Origin: Bacillales bacterium UBA3946 | GTDB lineage: Bacteria > Bacillota_I > Bacilli_A > ML615J-28 > CAG-698 | NCBI GenBank assembly: GCA_002385575.1 | Contig: DGDS01000016.1 | Coordinates: forward strand, 11,865-75,864 | DNA length: 64,000 nucleotides | Direction: 5' to 3' | Part shown: positions 58,972 through 64,000 of the stretch, piece by piece | Layout of the letters: the number at the start of each line of letters is the position of its first letter | Position numbering within the stretch: position 1 is the first letter of the stretch | Translations under genes and position numbers: made by a program | Notes under the pieces: model-generated | What the model saw: the letters and a program-made list of their open reading frames with translations, nothing else | Told to the model about the DNA's origin: nothing | The model's database searches: none

Positions 58972-59553
58972 CTACTTTACCAAGCCTGCGATCGCTGCCC
59001 TGAGCTCGTCAAGACCGATTTGCAGGCGCACCGAGGTCACAAAAACGCTCTCCGGTCCGATGCCCAGTTTTTCCGCGACCTGACGACGATGACGAAGCCG
59101 CAGGGTCGTTCCGATCTTGTCCGCCTTCGTCGCGATTATCATCGTATTTACCTGGTAATGTTTCAGGTATTCGTACATCAACCGATCGTCTTCAGTCGGT
59201 CCGACCTTCAGGTCGACCAGAAGCAACGCCGCCCGCAGATTTGCGTTTTGGTGAAGGTACTCCTCGAGCAGGCGGCCGAAATCCAGCCGTTCCTCCCGGC
59301 TCCGCTCCGCGTAACCGTAGCCCGGGGCGTCGACGAGATAAAACGACCCATCAATCAAGTAAAAATTCAAAAGGCGGGTCTTGCCGGGGTGCGTCGAAAC
59401 GCGCGCAAGGTCCTTCCTCCCGCAGATTCCGTTGATAAGGCTGCTTTTTCCAACGTTGGAGCGGCCAAGGAACAGGATCTCGGGCAGGTTTTCCCGGTTT
59501 GAATATTGAGTTTTGTGCAAAGCGCTTGTTACGTAGCGACAATCCTTAAACAT
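58972..59553 (-). CDS. engB: Ribosome biogenesis GTPase EngB (YsxC/YihA)
   Basis: GRSNVGKSSLIN (G1) and DAPGYG (G3). Start at MFKDCRY with a GGAGAG RBS; the longer ORF-track version would overlap rnpB. Confidence 0.85.
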   Translation of the reverse strand: MFKDCRYVTSALHKTQYSNRENLPEILFLGRSNVGKSSLINGICGRKDLARVSTHPGKTRLLNFYLIDGSFYLVDAPGYGYAERSREERLDFGRLLEEYLHQNANLRAALLLVDLKVGPTEDDRLMYEYLKHYQVNTMIIATKADKIGTTLRLRHRRQVAEKLGIGPESVFVTSVRLQIGLDELRAAIAGLVK

Positions 59554-59593
59554 CGTTCTCTCCGTAAAATAAAAATCCCATATCGGGATTTTA

Positions 59594-59962
59594 GGTTGGG
59601 AATGTATTCTGTAAGCCTTGTTCTGTACTTCCCGCAACGGGGAAGCGGTAATCATTTATCTCTGCCGGTAACCGGCAGCCTTAAACCCGTTCATTTCCGG
59701 ATTTAAAATGCCCCCACCATAATTTGGGTTGCTAGCTTATGGGGTTTACCCGTTCCACTCCCTTTGTTTCCAAAGGGTATCGTCTCTGTGGCACCTTAGG
59801 AAGACTAACCATTTTACAGGTGTCGTCTTCGCCATCGCTCTCCCAACGGAGCGTCCCAACTTATTTTTTCGTTGGGCATAATCACTACAGGCATCGCAGC
59901 CTGTGCTAGCAAGGACTTTCCTAACGGATGCGCTGGGTATCCGCTCGATTACCCGAATACGT
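59594..59962 (-). ncRNA. rnpB: RNase P RNA, type B (Bacillus type)
   Basis: Minus strand reads ..cgtattcgggtaatcg..ggaaagtcc..gctagcacag..gatgcctgtagtg..gtgccacag.gacga..ggtgag.gtggaacg.ggtaaaccccat.agc.ag.aacccaaat.atggt.ggggcat..ggcttacagaa, which matches universal and type-B P RNA blocks. A terminator hairpin AAAATCCCgatatGGGATTTT lies 3' and a TTGATT-17-TATAAT promoter at 59967-59995. Confidence 0.85.
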
Positions 59963-60008
59963 TAATATTATACTACATTCCGCGGGAAAAATCAAGATGA
60001 AAATCCCA

Positions 60009-60896
60009 TCAGAACTGAGCGCTGCGGTCGGTCCCCAAATAAAAGACCGCCAGGGTATCCGGTCCGGAATGGCTGCCAATCACCGGACCGATGTAATGAA
60101 TGGTGATTTCCTTGACCGGCAGTCGTTCCGCGATCATCCGCCGCAGTTTTTCCGCATCTTCCGGGCAATCGCCGTGCGCGATGTAAACGATCTGCCCTTC
60201 CGGTTTGACGATCGTCTTTTCCATCCGGTCCACCATCTTTGCGAGCACGCGGCACCGTCCGCGCGTGATCTGCATCTGCGCCAGCCGGCCGTTCGCATCC
60301 ACATGCAAAAGCGGCTTCATGTCAAGCAAAGTGCCGATCAGGGCCCTGGTTGCGGACAGGCGGCCGCCGCGTCGCAGGTGGTTCAGATCGCCGACGGTGA
60401 AGAGGTGGCAGACTTTCCTTTTATTCGTTTCAATCCAATCCGCGACTTCTTCGATTCCCGCGCCGCGCTTTTTCATTTCCGCGGCATACGTCAAAAGCAA
60501 TCCCTGCCCCGCCGAGGCGCACAGGGAATCGAGGACGATAAGTTTCCGCTCCGGATAGCGCTCCGCAAGTTCTTCCCGGGCGATTAGCGCCGACTGGAAG
60601 GTGCCGGAAAGCGCCGACGAAAACGACACCGAAAGGATATCGATACCTCGTTGTAAAAGCGGTTCGAAGGCCGCCAGGAATTCCTGCGGGTTGATCTGCG
60701 AGGTTTGCGAGAACTTCCGGGCGCGCAACAGACGGTAAAACTCCTGGTTGGCGATGGCGCGGCCGTCAAGATGGTGGGGATAAACCTCCCCGTCAAGATT
60801 GACCGCCATCGGCAGGACTTCCAAACCAAGCCGCGCCGCCAGTTCTGCCGGCAGGTCGACACACGAATCGGTATAGATCACATAATCATTCATCAT
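60009..60896 (-). CDS. degV: DegV family fatty-acid-binding protein
   Basis: Full-length DegV pattern (IYTDSCVDLP..., SGTFQSA). Start at MMNDYV with an AAAGGAAA RBS. Confidence 0.85.
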   Translation of the reverse strand: MMNDYVIYTDSCVDLPAELAARLGLEVLPMAVNLDGEVYPHHLDGRAIANQEFYRLLRARKFSQTSQINPQEFLAAFEPLLQRGIDILSVSFSSALSGTFQSALIAREELAERYPERKLIVLDSLCASAGQGLLLTYAAEMKKRGAGIEEVADWIETNKRKVCHLFTVGDLNHLRRGGRLSATRALIGTLLDMKPLLHVDANGRLAQMQITRGRCRVLAKMVDRMEKTIVKPEGQIVYIAHGDCPEDAEKLRRMIAERLPVKEITIHYIGPVIGSHSGPDTLAVFYLGTDRSAQF

Positions 60897-61070
60897 ACAC
60901 ATTTCCTTTCATCCCACATATTTACTCCATTATAAACCCGGCTATACCGATTGCCTATCTATTCCTGCTGGCGCATGCTCTATTTCGTCATCGGCATAAA
61001 GTATAGTACTGTTTTCAATTCTACTCACGGTAGAATTGATTTTTTCCGGGAAAAGTGGTATCATGTAGAT

Positions 61071-61691
61071 ATGATGAAAGAGAACGAGTTCAGACAACTG
61101 GTGGCCGTGAATCTGGTTTATTACCGGCGGTTAAACAATCTGACGCAAATCGAACTGGCGGAAAAGCTTAATTACTCCGACAAGTCGATTTCGAAATGGG
61201 AACGGGGAGAAAGCCTCCCGGATTTATACATTCTCCAGGAAATCGCCGCCTTGTACGGCATTACCCTGAATGATTTGGTGTCCGCGGAAAAGACCGTTCC
61301 CCGGTCGCATCGCGGACATTCGAAACTGCTCGCGGCTCTGATTTCCTTCGGGGCGGTATGGTTCGTGGCGACGGTCGCGTTCGTCGCCCTCGGCATCTTC
61401 CTCCCCGAACTGAAACGATCATGGCTGGCGTTTGTCTACGCCGTCCCGGCTTCCACCGCCGTCCTGATCGTCCTTTCCAATCTTTGGGGAAAGCGGCTCC
61501 TGCTCTTTTTGACCTTGAGCGTCTTTTACTGGACGGTGCCGCTCGCGATCGTTCTTTCCATCGATTACGGGAAGCTGTGGCTGCTCTTCATCGGCGTGAT
61601 CCCGCTGCAGATTCTTACGATCATCTGGTTCTTATTGAAAAGAAAACGGCCGGAAACCGGCCAGGAAGAAAAGGAACGGGCAGAAGCGTGA
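61071..61691 (+). CDS. XRE-family HTH regulator with a C-terminal polytopic membrane domain
   Basis: HTH LTQIELAEKLNYSDKSISKWERGESLP followed by 4 predicted TM helices. Start at MMKENEF. Confidence 0.7.
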   Translation: MMKENEFRQLVAVNLVYYRRLNNLTQIELAEKLNYSDKSISKWERGESLPDLYILQEIAALYGITLNDLVSAEKTVPRSHRGHSKLLAALISFGAVWFVATVAFVALGIFLPELKRSWLAFVYAVPASTAVLIVLSNLWGKRLLLFLTLSVFYWTVPLAIVLSIDYGKLWLLFIGVIPLQILTIIWFLLKRKRPETGQEEKERAEA

Positions 61692-61714
61692 AAGGCGCGC
61701 CGCTTGCGCTCCTG

Positions 61715-61750
61715 ATAAGAAAAAAGCCACCAGGTGGCTTTTTCTTTTTG
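61715..61750. terminator. Bidirectional rho-independent terminator
   Basis: AAAAAAGCCACC-agg-TGGCTTTTTCTTTTT between convergent genes. Confidence 0.65.
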
Positions 61751-61758
61751 TCAGGCGG

Positions 61759-62559
61759 TTATTGCAACGGGGCGACGGTAACCGATCCCTGCACGTTCTG
61801 TGTGATGGCCGGCTGCCCTAGGTATTTGACCTTCCCGCTCCCCTGGACTTTGACTTTCAGGGTCTTTTCCGCATTAACAGTCGCGTTAATCGAGCCCATT
61901 ACATCAAGGTCAACGTCCTGGCTTAATAATTCATCCGCAGTTAACTTCACGCTTCCCTCGCCGTGATAGGTAAAGACGGCGGCCGTTCCCGCAAGTATCA
62001 CGGTTGCCGAACCCTCGTTATGCACTTTTAGTTCGCTTGCGCTGATGTTTTCGGCGGTCATAGTGGCGGATCCTTCAAATCGGAAAGCAAGTTTACCTGT
62101 CACAAGACCAAAGTCGCCCGTTCCGCGAAAACTGCCTTCGGTAACTAACGTGAAATCCGACGCGAATACGGCATTCGCGGTGTCCGTAATCTTGTATCCG
62201 CCCCGCAGCGTCAGTTTCTGCAGCGTCAACCCGCCGATCTCAATCCGGAACTCGGTGGCGTCGTATACGGTCGCCCGTTTTCCGGTGAATTCGATTTTCC
62301 CGTCGGCGGTTTCGATGGCGATCTCCGCCGCGATGTTATCGTCGGTAACCAGTTTGATTATCGGTTCACCGGACACGAAGAATACGATGTCGATTGGTTT
62401 GTTGTCACGGGAGATGTCGACGGTCAATTCGTAGGTGCCAGCGGTATAATTGCGCTCCGTTTCCGTGACCGTGCCGGAACCGTTGACGTGGCGCTTAAAC
62501 ATGCATCCGCAAGCAAACAAGACGATCATCGCGCATGACAACATGAAGATTTTTTTCAT
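61759..62559 (-). CDS. DUF2807 (head GIN domain) beta-helical lipoprotein
   Basis: Lipobox MKKIFMLSCAMIVLFAC-GC, then a repetitive beta-strand-rich body (..KVHNEGSATV..TYHGEGSVKL..KVQGSGKVKY..) typical of DUF2807. AAAGGAGAA RBS. Confidence 0.65.
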   Translation of the reverse strand: MKKIFMLSCAMIVLFACGCMFKRHVNGSGTVTETERNYTAGTYELTVDISRDNKPIDIVFFVSGEPIIKLVTDDNIAAEIAIETADGKIEFTGKRATVYDATEFRIEIGGLTLQKLTLRGGYKITDTANAVFASDFTLVTEGSFRGTGDFGLVTGKLAFRFEGSATMTAENISASELKVHNEGSATVILAGTAAVFTYHGEGSVKLTADELLSQDVDLDVMGSINATVNAEKTLKVKVQGSGKVKYLGQPAITQNVQGSVTVAPLQ

Positions 62560-62717
62560 GCTTTCTCCTTTTGCCTTTGGCGTTATTATTGCCCGTGATT
62601 CTGGCAATAGCGGGTCGTTGTTTAGACAACATTGCGATTATACCATAATTTTCTTGAAAAGCAACCATTTTCTGATGAATACGTTTTTTTTCAGTAAAAA
62701 TAAAAAACACTTCCCTT

Positions 62718-64000
62718 TTACGAGAAGTTGTCTTTATTGCGTTTTTCTTTCTTATCCCTGAAGGGCGGTTTATTACGCGGCGGCATCTTCTTCCGGTTTT
62801 CCACGTAATCCTTGGTGGCCAAATCGATCCGACCTTTGTCGTCGACGCCGATGACCTTGACGACGATCTCGTCGCCGAGATGCAGCACGTCCTCGACCTT
62901 CGCGACCTTCTGTCCGGCCATTTTCGATATGTGGACGAGGCCTTCGGTGTTTTGCCATAGTTCGACGAACGCGCCGAATTTCTCGATTCGGACGACCTTG
63001 CCGGTATAGAACTGGCCGATCTCGACATCGCGGACAATGTCCTCGATGATCTTGGCCGCTTTTTCAGCCCACATCTTATCAGGATGCATGATCGTCACCC
63101 GGCCGTCGTTCTCGATGTCGATCTTCACGTCGTTGCACTGGTTGATGATGTCGGTGATGATCCGACCACCGGAACCGATGACGTCGCGGATCTTATTCGG
63201 GTCGATGAAGAAGTTGATGACCTTCGGGGCATACTGGCTGACTTCGGGCCGCGGCTGCGGTATCGTCTGGAGCATGTGGTCCAAGACCTTCAGACGCGCT
63301 TCCCTTGCCTGGGCGAGCGCTTCCCGGAGGATGTCCTCGTTGATGCCGGCGATCTTGATGTCCATCTGCAGGGCGGTGACGCCCGTCGCCGAACCGGCAA
63401 CCTTGAAGTCCATATCGCCGTAATGATCCTCCATGCCCTGGATGTCGGTGAGGATCGTGTAGTTCGCGCCGTCGGAGATCAATCCCATCGCGATACCGGC
63501 GATCGGCGCTTTGATCGGCACGCCGGCCGCCATCAACGCCATCGTCCCCGCGCAAATCGAAGCCTGCGACGAAGAGCCGTTGGATTCAAGGATTTCCGAG
63601 ACGACGCGGATCGTATAGGGGAACTCGTCCTCGCTTGGCAGCACCTGCAAAAGCGCCTTTTCGCCAAGAGCGCCGTGGCCGATTTCCCGGCGGCCCGGAT
63701 AGCTGTAACGTCCGGTCTCGCCGACACTATACGGCGGGAAGTTGTAATGGAACATGAAACGCTTGCCTTCCTCGACCCCGAGCCCGTCGATGATCTGATA
63801 TTCGCCGAGCGCTCCCAGCGTCACGGCGCACAGGGCCTGGGTCTGGCCGCGGGTGAAGAGGGCCGAGCCGTGGGGCCGGACCAACACGTCGACTGAAGAG
63901 GAAAGCGGTCTGATCTCGTCGACGGCGCGGCCGTCGGGTCGGATCTTCTCTTCGGTGATCAGTCTCCTGACCTCGTTAGCGACGATCAATTCCAGTTTTT
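62718..64000 (-). CDS. pnp: Polyribonucleotide nucleotidyltransferase (PNPase), C-terminal ~420 aa; the gene continues beyond the window end
   Basis: Second RNase PH domain, KH ([10 protein letters not shown]) and S1 ([15 protein letters not shown]) domains, and a basic C-terminal tail. Confidence 0.9.
   Translation of the reverse strand, partial: KLELIVANEVRRLITEEKIRPDGRAVDEIRPLSSSVDVLVRPHGSALFTRGQTQALCAVTLGALGEYQIIDGLGVEEGKRFMFHYNFPPYSVGETGRYSYPGRREIGHGALGEKALLQVLPSEDEFPYTIRVVSEILESNGSSSQASICAGTMALMAAGVPIKAPIAGIAMGLISDGANYTILTDIQGMEDHYGDMDFKVAGSATGVTALQMDIKIAGINEDILREALAQAREARLKVLDHMLQTIPQPRPEVSQYAPKVINFFIDPNKIRDVIGSGGRIITDIINQCNDVKIDIENDGRVTIMHPDKMWAEKAAKIIEDIVRDVEIGQFYTGKVVRIEKFGAFVELWQNTEGLVHISKMAGQKVAKVEDVLHLGDEIVVKVIGVDDKGRIDLATKDYVENRKKMPPRNKPPFRDKKEKRNKDNFS

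Noticed and set aside
59506-59706. ORF-track ORFs 59506..59706 (+), 59928..60587 (+), and the long engB version (58972..59655) near 59600-59960.
   Set aside because: They overlap the RNase P RNA gene. engB more plausibly starts at 59553, downstream of the rnpB terminator.

Overview
The window is a GC-rich chromosomal segment, almost entirely core housekeeping genes, most on the minus strand. Several markers point to an anaerobic, endospore-forming Firmicute: pro-sigK, SpoIVFA/SpoIVFB-like and SpoVD-like genes, YlmC/YmxH, NfnAB and a type-B RNase P RNA. Operons I can recognise: rarA; ispG; nfo/rmuC/cshB/mtaB/rsmE; the heat-shock operon hrcA-grpE-dnaK-dnaJ with a CIRCE operator; nfnAB; the yqeG-yqeH-yqeK-rsfS block; sigK; an ABC exporter pair; asnA; greA; radC next to spoIVFA/B-like genes; folC; valS behind a T-box leader; nadE-nadD; a partial dcw cluster (mraZ-rsmH-[no ftsL]-spoVD-murE-mraY-murD); rpmF-yceD; engB; rnpB; degV; and the 3' part of pnp. 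Three features absent from the ORF track were found by reading the sequence: rpmG (ribosomal protein L33), a type-B RNase P RNA, and a valS T-box leader. I did not find a clear candidate for a self-contained undescribed system. The stretches that most deserve a second look are listed below. First, an FtsK/SpoIIIE paralog whose Walker A and Walker B motifs are both degenerate. Second, an FRG-domain gene with a small membrane protein and an ABC exporter pair immediately after sigK. Third, an AT-rich patch holding a frameshifted membrane-protein gene and a 55-aa protein. Fourth, a compositionally foreign XRE/TPR (RNPP-like) regulator. Fifth, an orphan pseudo-receiver-Hpt protein. Sixth, a run of four membrane metallopeptidase genes that includes a SpoIVFA/SpoIVFB-like pair beside radC. 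Finally, a roughly 460-bp AT-rich spacer sits where ftsL should be in the dcw cluster. No CRISPR array, intact IS or prophage is visible; the only mobile-element trace is a truncated transposase-like HTH ORF overlapping the ispG start.
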